This document shows, one piece after another, positions 1 to 12,517 of a DNA stretch of 64,000 bases. The stretch covers positions 591,262-655,261 of the forward strand of contig NW_002060963.1 of the NCBI RefSeq assembly GCF_000150275.1, given 5' to 3'. The notes beneath the pieces were generated by a model, which did not search any database, was not told the origin of the DNA, and saw only the letters and a list, made by a program, of their open reading frames with translations. Origin of the DNA: Trichoplax adhaerens. Lineage: Eukaryota; Animalia; Placozoa. The first letter of the stretch is position 1, and every line of letters begins with the position of its first letter. Both the position numbers and the translations under genes were made by a program.

Positions 1-600
1 TGTTGCATCTACTATAACAGCATAAGAGCTGCTAAAAACGACAGCAAGGTACAGATACGAGTCCTCTCTAGAATCAAATCTTGAATTATTATTATTGCGA
101 AAATTAGCCTTTTTTCCAATCTTCTAACGTTGTTCGTAAGAAGCTTTAAAAAGTATATACGTAACATATACACTGTAGTCAGCGACCACTAATATGATAG
201 AATCTATCCTGCTGTGATACTGTAAATAGAATTGTCACTGGTAAATTAATTGACTTCCTTTTTTAGTAATCTGTAGCAGAATTTGTTTCTCCATATTAGA
301 CAGTGAAATCTGTCATATATCTGAATCTTAGACTTGCTTAATGTTAGTATAGTAATTATCTAGTAAGGTAGTACTGTTTGACTAGCCCGGTTCTATAGCT
401 GTATTAGAATGAAGACTGCGGAATTTTTACGGTAACTATAGAAGTAATGCGAAATAAAGTTAGCTTGTAACTTAGGAGAAGAAGCATGTGTATTTCTTTG
501 AGTTCGAACCTATTCACCACGAAAATACACAACAAAGTCCTCAAATTCTAACGTTATACTGTGGTCTAAATACAGTAAGCATAAAGATTGCGCGCGGGTT

Positions 601-626
601 TATAAATCTAAACTGGATCCATTTGA
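601..626 (+). promoter_or_regulatory. TATA-like box plus upstream motif AAACTRGATCMAYTT shared by the F-box/ankyrin paralogs
   Basis: TATAAAT at 601, followed by aaactggatccatttg at 610. Similar motifs lie upstream of paralog starts at ~4290, ~5664, ~8599, ~12807 and ~15050. Confidence 0.4.
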
Positions 627-686
627 ATGCTCTATCATTTCCCATTTTTAAATCGATTTGAAGGCCGTTCATAAAAATCAATAAAA

Positions 687-2813
687 ATGGTGAATGTATA
701 TGATCCTTGTTATTTTCCATTTTTTAGCTTACCGGATAAAATAATCTATGATATCTTTAATTTCTTATACGGAACTGACCTAGCTAAGCTTTGCTTGGTA
801 TCCTCTCAGTTCAATCATTGGATATTTGCTCGAAATCAACTTGCGTGGAAAGATGCGATCTATTCTGAATTAAGTACAAATCCAGTCTTGATAAGCCAAG
901 AAAGTTATCGAGATTTTTATAAGAGAGCCTATTTAGGATTATATCGGTGTATAATCGATAAAGTTTCAGAACGTAAAAAGTTGGGTATGGAACAGAAACG
1001 GAGTAGTGAAGATACGCCCAAATGTGTTTGGAGAAGCTCTTTTCTAGTTGAGAAAGAATATTCATATGGCCATTACTTAAAGCAAGAGAAAACACAACAA
1101 AACTCATCATGCATACGTGCTAATCTAGATCGACAAGATCGTTTACGCCGCTATTTGTGTACTGCAGCAAAACATGGTTACGAAGTTTGGGCAGCTACAT
1201 TATGCCATCAAGGGGCTAATATTTGTGGCCTCTATTTTACTCTTGGTCGTATTCATTTTGATAACTATGAAGATTATTTCTTGTGTCCATTATACTTTGC
1301 TACACTTGAAAATAATGAAAGAATGATTCAAAAAATTATAGAATTAGGAATTCGTTATCAATCGCCAAATCCATACTATATATTGCCATCGAATGATGCT
1401 AGTTTCGCAGAAGAAAATGCATCGGGTGATTATGTGACTTTTTCACTACATTTTTCAGATCTACAAGAAATGATTTGTAAAGTATTAATATGCATAAATG
1501 ATAATGCTGCCTTATTGGAGGCATTTTTAAATTCCTTGGATTTACCATCAATTCATCAAGCTGCAATCTATCAAAATATCGATGAATTCAGTAGATTTTT
1601 CGACTATAGTAGAAATTCTGATCTTAATGACATGGATCATTATAATATGACGCCTATAGTGTATTGCATATTGCTAAATCGAAAAGATATTGTTCGGTAC
1701 ATTTACAACTCAAGGACAGACATCATTGTTGGTCGTCGCTTAGCCGAATCTATTAAAACAGTATCAAGTAGTATTCCATATGATATGTTAAAAATTATAC
1801 GAGAACATGACAATAAATGCTATAAAGCTGTGGTATTTGGAATATTTGCTGATGAGAAAGTTTTTACTTCCGACAGATTTAAAGATGTACTTAGATTGAT
1901 CTTAATTGATCTCGTTGATGAAGATGTATTTTACGCTGCTTTTGACGGAGCTATTTCCTCTGGAAGCAATCAACTAATTAATTTATTAATTTTAGACTTA
2001 TTTACTTTTCTACGGTTATATATAACTTCAATCACTGATGTACAACGTTTATTTCAACAAATTACAAGTATAAGAAAGAAAGTTATTGTCAATCATGGTG
2101 AAACATTGCTTTGGAAGGCTCTACGCAGTGGACATCATGATTGTTTTCGACTATTAATTCTGAAGCGCGTTTCGTTATCTAAGCTTGCTGAAGGATATTC
2201 GGGGCTTCATTCTTTATGGTGGTTTTCATCAAATGTGTTGGCAATTTTACCTAGCAATATGACTGTTACAAGTAATATCAGATACGAACAGTTTCATCAA
2301 TTTCTATTACAGCTAAGAAACCCAGATTTGGATACTAATGCAATTGCTAAAACATTGCTACCTTATAAATTTGTAAAAGCAATTGTAGATTTACCTATAT
2401 ATATATTCCTGGAGCAATCGCGAACTATCGATGCATGGGCTGCCTGTAATACCTTTATAATTGGAATAATGTTATACATTATGTTGTATGATTGGAAACG
2501 TTCAATCTTTGCGGATCATCAACTACAGAAAAGACTGGAAAAAATCAGTTACACGCTATTAGAGAATTTATTGTCCCTGCAGATAAAATATTTTAACATT
2601 AACACTCTTGATAGTAGTTTTGGTGGTCGAGCAACTTTGTTACATATTGCAACACAGTTCGACAATCCAATGTGGGTAAATTTATTATTACAAGCAGGAG
2701 CGAATAGGCTAATTGAAGATAGTCTATCAAAGAAACCAATCCAATATGTTAAAGAAAGTGATAATAAGTGTAGATACTTACTAGAAAATTACCAATCATG
2801 TCCAAGACCTTAA
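687..2813 (+). CDS. F-box + ankyrin-repeat protein, copy A (708 aa, uninterrupted ORF)
   Basis: N-terminal F-box (FFSLPDKIIYDIFNFLYGTDLAKLCLVSSQFN...W). Ankyrin-like units: AAKHGYEVWA, CPLYFATLENN..IIELG, DHYNMTPIVYCILLNRKDIV, GETLLWKALRSGH, TLLHIATQFDNPMWVNLLLQAGAN. Collinear with the other cluster copies. Confidence 0.88.
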   Translation: MVNVYDPCYFPFFSLPDKIIYDIFNFLYGTDLAKLCLVSSQFNHWIFARNQLAWKDAIYSELSTNPVLISQESYRDFYKRAYLGLYRCIIDKVSERKKLGMEQKRSSEDTPKCVWRSSFLVEKEYSYGHYLKQEKTQQNSSCIRANLDRQDRLRRYLCTAAKHGYEVWAATLCHQGANICGLYFTLGRIHFDNYEDYFLCPLYFATLENNERMIQKIIELGIRYQSPNPYYILPSNDASFAEENASGDYVTFSLHFSDLQEMICKVLICINDNAALLEAFLNSLDLPSIHQAAIYQNIDEFSRFFDYSRNSDLNDMDHYNMTPIVYCILLNRKDIVRYIYNSRTDIIVGRRLAESIKTVSSSIPYDMLKIIREHDNKCYKAVVFGIFADEKVFTSDRFKDVLRLILIDLVDEDVFYAAFDGAISSGSNQLINLLILDLFTFLRLYITSITDVQRLFQQITSIRKKVIVNHGETLLWKALRSGHHDCFRLLILKRVSLSKLAEGYSGLHSLWWFSSNVLAILPSNMTVTSNIRYEQFHQFLLQLRNPDLDTNAIAKTLLPYKFVKAIVDLPIYIFLEQSRTIDAWAACNTFIIGIMLYIMLYDWKRSIFADHQLQKRLEKISYTLLENLLSLQIKYFNINTLDSSFGGRATLLHIATQFDNPMWVNLLLQAGANRLIEDSLSKKPIQYVKESDNKCRYLLENYQSCPRP

Positions 2814-4611
2814 GAGTCGAGATGTTTTCTCGTAAGTACTTTTGGTTAAGAATGTTATTGAGTGAATTAGTATTAATATTGTCATTGTACAAGCTAGGCT
2901 TAAAACTAATTTACTTCTAAAGAATCGAGTCAGCAATATATAGGTATCTTAGTAATGTATCATAGCGAACATGAAATTAAGCTTCTTGATTGGTAATTAA
3001 TAGAGTACAAATATGATGATGATGGCTTGACTAGAATAAAAATAATAATTCGATTAAAATTATAGTCATGATTGAATCTGAGCTAAACTGTAAATTAATT
3101 TATTGCGTAAAAACTGTATCGACTATGTATGGCACCATAGGTTTAATTTGATAATGTTCATTATTTCCATTAAATGATCAAAAATTTTTTTGGCTACTAA
3201 TATGGATAATTACAGTAGCTATAGGTAACTGGTTTTTAAACGTTTCATACGCGAAATTATCCATACTATTAAACTCAATTTAGTTAGATATGTTGTGGGT
3301 CGGAGTGTTGCGTATCCCGACCTCAAATTAAAACAAATACTGTACCTGCTAATATATATACGTGATAATTGTCACTTACAGGAGACATTTATAAATTCCC
3401 TGGGTTAACTTCGATTCCTCAAGCTACAATTTGCTATAATATTGATGATTATGGGCGACTATTCGAGTGTAGACAGGATATCTCAATAATTGATCCATTG
3501 TAAACAAAATCACGTCAAAAGTATTCTATCCTGTAAGTTTGATGGCATCAGTTGTTAGTTGTAGGATATACCATCTATAGTCATTTAGATAGAAATATGA
3601 ATGAGTGTATAGCTAAGTTAGTCTTCGAATGTTTGTATCCCTGTACAATTTTAATTATTAATACAGTACTCGTTGTAATTTAGCATTGGTTATATAGTAA
3701 ATTCATTTCTGAGCACCTCAAACGGGAAACCCTTTATGCAATCCATATACGGCAAAATATGTTAATGGATAACTTAAGGCGGGGCAATAATCAAGTAATA
3801 AGAGACAATTTGATTAATTTAAGAAAAATGAGCGCTGCTTGATGAATTGATTAATAGCAAGATTTTAACGATTAACGTTATAATGTGCATCATTAAGAAA
3901 AAGCATAGTAGCAAATTTTAAGGTAGTGGATATCAAAGCATCACAATTATATCAATTACAAGGACTCCTGAAGTTAGCAAAAATGCTTTTATAGCATATA
4001 GTAACTCTGCTTAGTGATTTAAAATAATTATATAATTATGAGATTAAGAACATAATTTGATGAAATTACTATTCCATCAGTAGCTTATACTTATAATTTT
4101 GTACAAGTGTACTTATTGCATATGAACACTAGTACAGTACATACTGATGTTTATGAATGTTGAGCTATCATGGCAAAAGGTAAAGCTCTGATAAATGTGA
4201 GAAATAGACTTTAGTAAGTTCAAGGCTTAACGTATGTCGATGTCTATCTATACTCAGAATATACAAGCTATCCTTCATTCTTTTTGATTAACCTAGATCA
4301 ACTTTGATAAAATATTAGCTTAATGCCTTGTTGCTTCGCTGATGGAGACACTACATTCACGTCTTTTCAAATTCGTACGTAAGGACAAGAACATTTCGAC
4401 AGTCTTATTCAACTTTAGATGAATGCTGCTTGGCTCAACAAATCAGAAGTTTAAAAGTAAACAATTAACTTAATACGTATATAGAAGCTATGTATTTGGT
4501 CTTTTACGACTTTACAGAATCGAATTCATGGATATCTTATCACCTCCCATTTTGAATTAGTTGCTCTTATAGTTCATTTTATAACTGGAATTGAGTCTCC
4601 ATACGACTAAA

Positions 4612-4980
4612 ATGACTGATGACTTGGATTTATTACACTTTCCATTACTTGATTTACCTGATGAGGCAAAACAGTAATTGGTTGATGACCTGCATTAATC
4701 AAACTCTTCATCATTTGATTTACCCAACAAGAAAAAAATGTCTAATGACTTGTATTCATCCTACTTTCCATTATTTGATTTGCCCGAAGAGTTCATTTAT
4801 CACATTTTCACTTCTTGTCCTGGAACTGATTTAGCCAGGCTTTGTATAATTTCTTAGTAGTTTAATTCTTTCATCCAAGCTCGATATCAGCTAGCATGGA
4901 AAGAAGCAATCTTTTCTGAATTAAGGACTAGCCCGATTATACTAAACGATAAAAACTATCAAAGTTTTTATAAGAGAGCT
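4612..4980 (+). pseudogene. F-box/ankyrin pseudogene: 5' F-box fragment with a triplicated start segment
   Basis: Reads MTDDLDLLHFPLLDLPDE..*, then a second degenerate copy, then from 4738 MSNDLYSSYFPLFDLPEEFIYHIFTSCPGTDLARLCIIS**FNSFIQARYQLAWKEAIFSELRTSP..YQSFYKRA. Homology stops at the LTR fragment. Confidence 0.85.
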
Positions 4981-5314
4981 AATACCAGGAGTTTCTGACG
5001 AGACTATAAAAGGCTGGTGCCTGAAGATTCCTTGTTAGTTCGTTAGTCGGTTAGATAGTCAACTAGTTTTTCAATTGATATTTAATTGTAAAGACTATAA
5101 TCTTGGGTGCCAAGATTCCTTCAGTAATAAATGATAGTAAATCTCTGACTATCTCGTCTACATCATCTGTGACGCTATAATTATACCATAGTATTCGGTC
5201 GTTGGAACTGAATTATTTGGTGATATAGCTAAGCTCGCCTCTTTAAGTTAGTAAGTGGCGTTCTACGCAAGGATTGGCGTGTGTAGACTACTTTGTCACT
5301 AGTGGTGTGTGACA
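4981..5314 (+). mobile_element. Solo LTR, 5'-truncated (same family as 8175-8475 and 40515-40933)
   Basis: 5021-5314 is nearly identical to 40640-40933 and ends ...GTGTGACA. Contains TATAAAAGG (~5005) and AATAAA (5126). Confidence 0.8.
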
Positions 5315-5763
5315 TATATTAGACTAGTCAATACTTTTGCTAGCGCTCTAGGGTACGATCTCGTGCTACATTCTAAACCAGCTTGTGACAGTGGCACTGC
5401 ACTAAGGAAAATAAACTGTGCAAGCTAAATCAAGCCCAAAGTAGGCTACATCTTATATGTAGATGTAGCCCAGTAACTCAGGGATGCAAATCTGGCTTTC
5501 ATTTCTATAGATTTGTTCTAATTTCACGTAAAAAGTCTAAAATTGCGATAGTACTAAGTGAAAATTTGTTACAGTACTCACAAACCTCGTCCATTCTCTA
5601 GTAAATGCCCCGCATTTGGTGCTATTGGAATAACCCTGAAGCTGTATTTTGCTCCTTGCGACTGAACTAGATCCAATTTGCGGCTTTCTTGTCATCTTGT
5701 ATTCTAAATTAGTTGCCCTGATTGTTATTTTTGTAAGTGGAACTTAGATTCTATACGATTAAA

Positions 5764-5853
5764 ATGACTGATAACTTGGATCCATCTTATTTTCGATTAT
5801 TTGAATTACCCGATGAGTTAATTTATTACATATTAAGTTTTTTGTTGTGGTAA
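5764..5853 (+). pseudogene. F-box start fragment
   Basis: Reads MTDNLDPSYFRLFELPDELIYYILSFLLW*. The ~60 bp upstream resembles the sequence upstream of 4612. Confidence 0.75.
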
Positions 5854-6199
5854 TCCATCATTTTTTGATGTATTACAGAGTCACTCTTTGTTGAAGTAAA
5901 CTGAAATTTGAACATATTTTTGAATCGATGAATGGTCTTACTTGCTACACAAGCAACGACTAGGCATAAAACTTACATTAGTAAATCTTAGTTTAGGGAA
6001 GGTTTAATTCTTGTAATATTGCGATTAGTAGCGGTTGTGTAGTCTAAAAATAAATTTAATTGTTATTTAAGGACTCAATCTTGATATTTAAAGATTAATT
6101 TATTCTAGTTTTATAAATTTTAGTAATTAAGAATCATGTTAGGAATAAACTGGATGTAATTCATATTGCTAGTTAGTTTTAAGCAGGATTAAACTTCAC

Positions 6200-6640
6200 G
6201 TGATGAAAGTTACACGGGTGTATGATCGAGCATTTTCTAAAGCTAGCGTATCTAAAATATTTAAAGATGAAAATATCTTCAATTCTAACAGTAATAAAAA
6301 CAGGCTACAGTTGATTTTAATTGATTAAACTCGTGAAGATGTGTTTTATTCAGCTTGTCTGGTTACAATCTCTTCTCAAAGCCATCATGTAATTCATTTA
6401 TTAATACAGATTTACCAAAATTACTACGTTATACATAATTTTAGCCACTGATGTCTACCGTTTTTTAAAGCGAATTACACGTACAAAAGAAGCATGTATT
6501 ACCGATCATGGCAGAGAGTTTATCGAGCGATTAAATATAAGCAGTACGATCATATTCTACGATTGACTATAGAAGGCATTCAGTTATCTGTAGACAAGTA
6601 CGATTTGTTATGGCAACCTATGAAAACTTTTTTGCATGAT
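6200..6640 (+). pseudogene. F-box/ankyrin pseudogene, central fragment
   Basis: DNA collinear with ~9840-10290 (IFKDEN..., LTIEGIQLSVDKYDLLWQ), with stops and frameshifts. Confidence 0.8.
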
Positions 6641-8174
6641 AAGAGTTTGTTCTTCCATTTAGTTAAAATGCTATTAATGATTTTCATTTTGTGATTTTTA
6701 TACCTAGCGAGCCTGATTTAATTAAGCATGTTAGACGCGTATCTTTATTTCTATATGCACTTGTAATAAAAGTGTTTCACAAATAACTAACTTAGTCATG
6801 TGGTATTTTCTAAAAGGCTTTTATGGCATGGTTTTAGAAATAGTAGAGCAAGAATTAATTACTACAAGAATCTGGTCTAAAATCTAAAGTATTCCGAGCT
6901 CGAAGTAAAGCGAAGTCTTTTCCTTGAACTTATCTCGTCAGTTTAAACACATTTCGTTAAATTCATTTATGACAACATAATTAACTGCAATTAGACTTAA
7001 GTTATCGAACAGGATACTTTCCCCCAAATAGAATATCATTCTCTTCTTCAATCCGAATCATTCTACTTAAGATATCACTACTCTACAATTAATGTCCAGC
7101 ACATTTCGGTGTTGGGCACCTTCATAGTTACAGTATCTCCAGTCACATCAATTTTGTTGCATAATAGTCTAGTGGCTAATATTAGTCATCAACAAGTTCT
7201 GATGTAGTAGTTAACAGTCATCTAATATTAGCGTCACGATAATATCTATTCTTAGTAACCTAACTATATCCAATAAATCTATCCTTACAATCAGATATGC
7301 AGTGCATCACTACAGGACTGTAGCATGCACACAGACTTCAAATCTTTTTCTTTAACAGATGTACCCGGACGAAGATAAATAAATACGCCAGCTGAAGATA
7401 TCTAGGACTCCCATCACTCGTGTTATAATCGTATACCTTACTTGTACATTTTACTAATTGTTATTTTATTTTCTCATCTATCAGAATACAGTTTAGTGTA
7501 TAACTGGAGACTTTAACTCTAAACGGCACATCAATATTCACCGATAGTTTTGGTTTGGTTCTTCTTGAACCTGTTGCATACGATGATAGCATTAATAGAT
7601 ATTGATATATATTTTATCAGATCCTTAATGCAATTTACTCAATCGATATGCTACTTCACAAGAATCTATTTACTGTTCGAAATACAAGGTAATTATACCT
7701 TCCTTAACATGACAATACATATGAAACAATCAAATACCCTACAGTTTGAATCAGTAGACAGCCTTACTATAATTAATTGGTAATCATGCTCATCGTCATT
7801 AGCATTCTATTCAAGTCTTCGCACATAATTTATTTCAATATTAAAGCCAAAGAAGCATGCGTACAGTACAATATAGCGTGCTTTTTTTTTTAGCTTAAAT
7901 GCAAGAATAAAGAATAAGTTAATAGAATGTAATGAAAATTATACGTTAAGGTTTGCTTTAGAAGGAAATAATAGGTTACAGTATGGACACTGATTGAAAG
8001 ATTGAGTGGTCATAGCATAAAGATGCCAGCTATTATAGTATATGACGACAGTATTCTACTAAGGAATATGGAAGTATATTTTATTATATTAAATCCTACT
8101 TCTATCCCAGGATATGGCATATACTACTGCATATAGCCATGAACTACTAAAGTCTTAGTGGTTCATGATATAGC

Positions 8175-8475
8175 TGTCACACACCACGAGTGGCAAAGTA
8201 GTCTACATACGCCAATGCTTATGAAGAACGCCTCTTATTGACTTAAAGAAGCGAGATTAGCTATATCACCAAATAATTCAGTTCCAACGACCAAATACTA
8301 TAGTATAATGTAGATGAGGTAGTCCGAGATTGACTACTATTTATTACTGAAGAAATCTTGACAAGCAAGATTATAGTCTTGACTATATAATAGCGATAGA
8401 CAAACTAGTTGACTAACTAACCGACTAACTAATTAAAAACTGGTCTTCATTAGAACGAGCTTACGCATCGTAACA
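8175..8475 (-). mobile_element. Solo LTR (301 bp) with 5-bp TSD ATAGC
   Basis: Termini TGTCAC...GTAACA, flanked by ATAGC at 8170-8174 and 8476-8480. Diverged reverse complement of the 5021 and 40515 copies. Confidence 0.85.
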
Positions 8476-8830
8476 ATAGCATACGTAAGTTATAAGTTAT
8501 AAGAAAATACACATAGAAAATAAAAGTATAGTATTAACATATTGACTATAATTATCTACATAAGTCAACCCAGAGGATACACTTACTTCTTCATGTTTAA
8601 ACTAGATCAATTCAAATGCTTGCAAATTTTCTTATTTGTACTGGTCATGTTTAATAGTGTTTAATCCGAAGGTACTAGTAGTGATCAACATCATGTCAAA
8701 GCTGGATTAGTTCTTCAAAGCTGAACTAGTTTGACTTGATTCTTTTAATGTTTCTTCAACCCTAAAAGAATCCTGCCTGGATCTTCTTTATTATATCTAA
8801 CTAACACAATTAAGCTTCTTTACCGATAAG

Positions 8831-10952
8831 ATGGATTATAATTTGGATCAAGATTGCTTTCCATTCTTTAGATTACCAGACGAACTAATTTATAAAATCT
8901 TCAGCTTGCTCTACGGAATCGACCTTGCTAGACTTCGCATGGTTTCGTTCCAGTTCAATGATCTTCTACTATCTGACGATCAGCTTGCATGGAGAAATGC
9001 AATCTATTCCGAATTAACTACAAATCCTCAGCCGCTATTGAGCGATGAAAGTTATTACAACTTTTATAAGAGAGCCTATTTAGGATTATATCGGTGTGTT
9101 GTTACTAAGCTTGCAGAAGATCGTATTACAAGTTTGGATTACGAGGCTTCATTTTTTCTTGAGAAAGAATACTCTTATTGTCAATATCTAAAGGAGAAAG
9201 AAACAACGCAGGAAGAAGAAATGCAACAAGGTTTATCGACCATGTACCGTTTGTATCATGGTTGTAGACAGTATCGCTTAGATTGTTACTTAATTTTAGC
9301 AACTAAACATGGCTACGAAATTTGGGCTAATAAACTATGCCAACAAGGAGCGAATGTGCATTGCCACAAACAAACAATCAGCCCATTAATTATGTCTATT
9401 CGTGAAAATAATGATACTATGATTAAGAACCTAATCGAATTAGGAATCCGTTATCATTTGTTAGATCCACAGTGCTTAGCGCGTTCGAATTCTTATGAGT
9501 GTGTATTTCATGTTATGGAAGTTTGCAAAGTATTAACATGCATACGTCATGATTCTCATTTATTACAGCCATTTTTAAATATTATTGATTTACCTTCAAT
9601 TCATCAGGCCGCAATCTTCAAAAGTATTGATGAGTTTCGGAAATATTTCGAAGATGGTAAATACAGTTATGCTAATCTCAAGCACTCGGATGCTTACGGA
9701 ATGACACCTTTAATGTATTGTATAATCTTAGGTCGAGATGATATCGTGAGTTTCATCTACGGCTTAAAAAAAAAATACCTTCATAGCAGCATTTTAAGTA
9801 AGTGTTGCAAGGCTATTTTAAGTAGAATTGAATTTAAAGTGTTTAAAGTTATACGGGTGAATGATCGGACATAAATTATACAAAGCTGTTATATCTGAAT
9901 TATTTAAAGATGAAAATTTTTTTACTTCTAATAGTATTAAAGACATACAACAACTGGTTTTAACTGACTTAACTCGTAAAGAGGTATTTTATACAGCTTG
10001 CTATGGGGCAATCACTTCTCGAAGCCATCATGCAATTCATTCATTAATGTCAGATTTACCGAAATTACTACAGTTATGCATGCTGTCAGCCACAGATATT
10101 CAACGTTTATTGAAGCGAATTACACGCACAAAACAAAAAGTTATTGCTCACTATGGTAGAGAATTACTTTTTCGAGCGATAGAATATGGACAAGATGCTT
10201 ATATTCTACAGTTGGCTATAGAAGGGATTCGGTTATCTGTGGACAATTACGATTTGTTATGGCAATCTATAAAAATTTTTTTGTACGATCATTATTTGCT
10301 TACTCCTTCGACTGTTATATATAAATTATCACCCATTTCGGCCGTTATAAACAATATCGACTATAGACGCTTTCATCAATTTATATTACGGTTGAGTAAC
10401 GAAGATTTCGATGCTAATAGTACTGTTGAAACATTACAGCTTTATAAATTAGCCAAAGCAATTTCTGATTTACCCATTACTCTGCCTCTAGATGTGTCGT
10501 TGGATAATTGTATAGTTGAAATAATGTTTGAAGTTATGAAAAATGCAGACTTGAGTTGTCCCCTCTTTCAGGACCATCAACTACAGAAAAGATTGGATGA
10601 AATCATTTACGTGCTGTTGGATAAGCTAATACATCTTATTAAAGACTACCATAATATTAACATTTGTGTTAACATAGGTAAGAATGTGTTTTATCAAGAA
10701 ACTCTATTACATCGTGCAGCTCGATATCAAAACCCGGCTTGGATAAGATTGCTATTGCAAGCTGGTGCAGATAGAGAAATTAAGGATAGCGGCCTGATAA
10801 AACCAGTGCATCATGCTGACAAATGGGATAGACATCAAATACCAATGCGAGTGCATACAGACAGGCAAATTCATCACGCTGGTGAATGGGCTCGTAACTG
10901 GGAATGTAGGCACTTATTGAGAAACCTTCAATCATGCCCACTGCCATCATAG
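8831..10952 (+). pseudogene. F-box + ankyrin protein, copy B, split into ORFs 8831-9874 (F-box half) and 9861-10952 (C-terminal ankyrin half)
   Basis: The two ORFs together are collinear with the intact paralogs. Removing 4 nt (TAAA, 9872-9875) gives NDRTLYKAV, matching DNKCYKAV and DFDCYKAV in paralogs. No other lesions seen. Confidence 0.8.
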
Positions 10953-11899
10953 GCGAACTACTGAAAGATTAACAAAGAAATATTGAAAATTAAAAATTTA
11001 ACTAATGAATCGATTCCGTCCTAAAGCTTGATTAACGAAAAGACAATGTGACAAGGATATTTATTAGAGAAATGTGGTATTACGGATTTATTCGATTATA
11101 ATCGCAATGAACACACAATTAAGAACGAATCATTTTTACAGTTTTAAAGATGCCAATTTGCTTTCAACTGCATTACTTAGCTATGCTGCTAAGAAAAATT
11201 GATAAAATGACATACCATTATAAACAAACGAGTGGAAATTATGCCACTATAGTAGCTGTTTCTACCGTATACATTGCCCTATACAGAACACTGCAGTTTA
11301 TTTTAATTATTATTACGAGTCAACTACTACCAAAATGTTATAAAATTTCATAATTTCATGATCTACGTTTAATAGCTTATTTTGCGGAGTTCCATTTATA
11401 CGTGCTCTAGTTTGATTATATCATACTGTCACATACAAGTAAGCTATTCTAATCACTCCGTTAGATTTTTAAACAATTCTCTCTTACTATATTTTCTACT
11501 TTATCAAAGCAATTCTAAATTATCTAACTTATTAATTAGTTCTGATAGCTATTCAGTGGGCATATTTGCTTACCTATCATAATTTATTATAGCTATCCGA
11601 TTAGATCAGATCATTTATCTACAGGGTAACCTAACAGTTTCTTTAAACACGGACTGAATAAATATTACGATTTTCTTCGATTAATTTTTTGGCAATTTCT
11701 TGGTACCATAGCAGACTCTCGATCTTTCGAAACTTGACAGTTTCCAATCATCTAGTCAATTTGATATAATTATTTACATCTTGCTACTACTGATGGTTAT
11801 AAGATTTGGTTTAAATTATGCAATTAATGAGTAAATCGTTAAAAAATCCTTATACGGGTTCCCTCACAATTCCAGTAAATAGCATTGATTATCTTAATC

Positions 11900-12517
11900 A
11901 ATCCACCTTCTACATTTTGTTACAATTGAAAAGAATACTACGATAGTTAAAAGAACAACTCTAACTGGGGATTCCTTATCAACCTTCAAATTTACGTTGC
12001 GCAAATTTCTGATTCACCCATTACTCTACCTCCAGATCTAACCATCGATAATTGTATAATTGAAATAATGTCAGATGTCATGAGTAACAATTGCTTACGT
12101 TGTCCACTCTTTACTGACCAACAACTACAGGAAAGATTGAATAAAATCATTTGAACGCTGCTAGAGAATTTAATGACTCTGACTAGATGCTGTCATTATA
12201 TCAATGCTCATATTAGCACATACTTGTATACTTATCAAATAGACAAGAATGGTCACCATTACGAAATTTTATTACATCTTGCAACTTGATATCAAAACTC
12301 GGCTCGGATCAGACTATTATTGTAAGCTGGCGCAGATAGAGAAATTGAGGATAGTAACCAGAGTAAATCAGAGGACTACGCTGATGGATGGCAAAGTAAT
12401 CTAACGCTATTTTAAGCGAATATAGGCAGAAAAATTGATCACGCTGGCGAATGGGCTCCTAACTGGAAATATAGACACTTACTGAAAGCGTATCAATTAT
12501 GCCCACTACCGTCATAG
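11900..12517 (+). pseudogene. F-box/ankyrin pseudogene, mainly the C-terminal part, most like copy B
   Basis: 12000-12517 is collinear with ~10460-10952 (DNCIIEIM, LLL*AGADREIEDS, HAGEWA, YQLCPLPS*) and shares the 3' flank taggcgaactactgaaa. Multiple stops. Confidence 0.85.

Noticed and set aside
811-1110. Antisense ORFs within genes or pseudogenes (also 23313-23603, 36679-36909, 60171-60410)
   Set aside because: Shadows of the sense coding sequence with no independent motifs.
2799-2813. CaaX prenylation motif (as in Legionella AnkB) at the end of copy A (CPRP)
   Set aside because: The middle residues are not aliphatic, and in the other copies the Cys is not fourth from the end.
5444-5470. 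Perfect 10-bp hairpin ggctacatct/agatgtagcc (also an imperfect one at ~3293-3326)
   Set aside because: Isolated, with no second copy or element boundary to give it meaning.
9857-9885. Micro-intron (GT..AG) that might rescue the copy B frameshift
   Set aside because: Only 29 nt, and removing it does not restore the frame.
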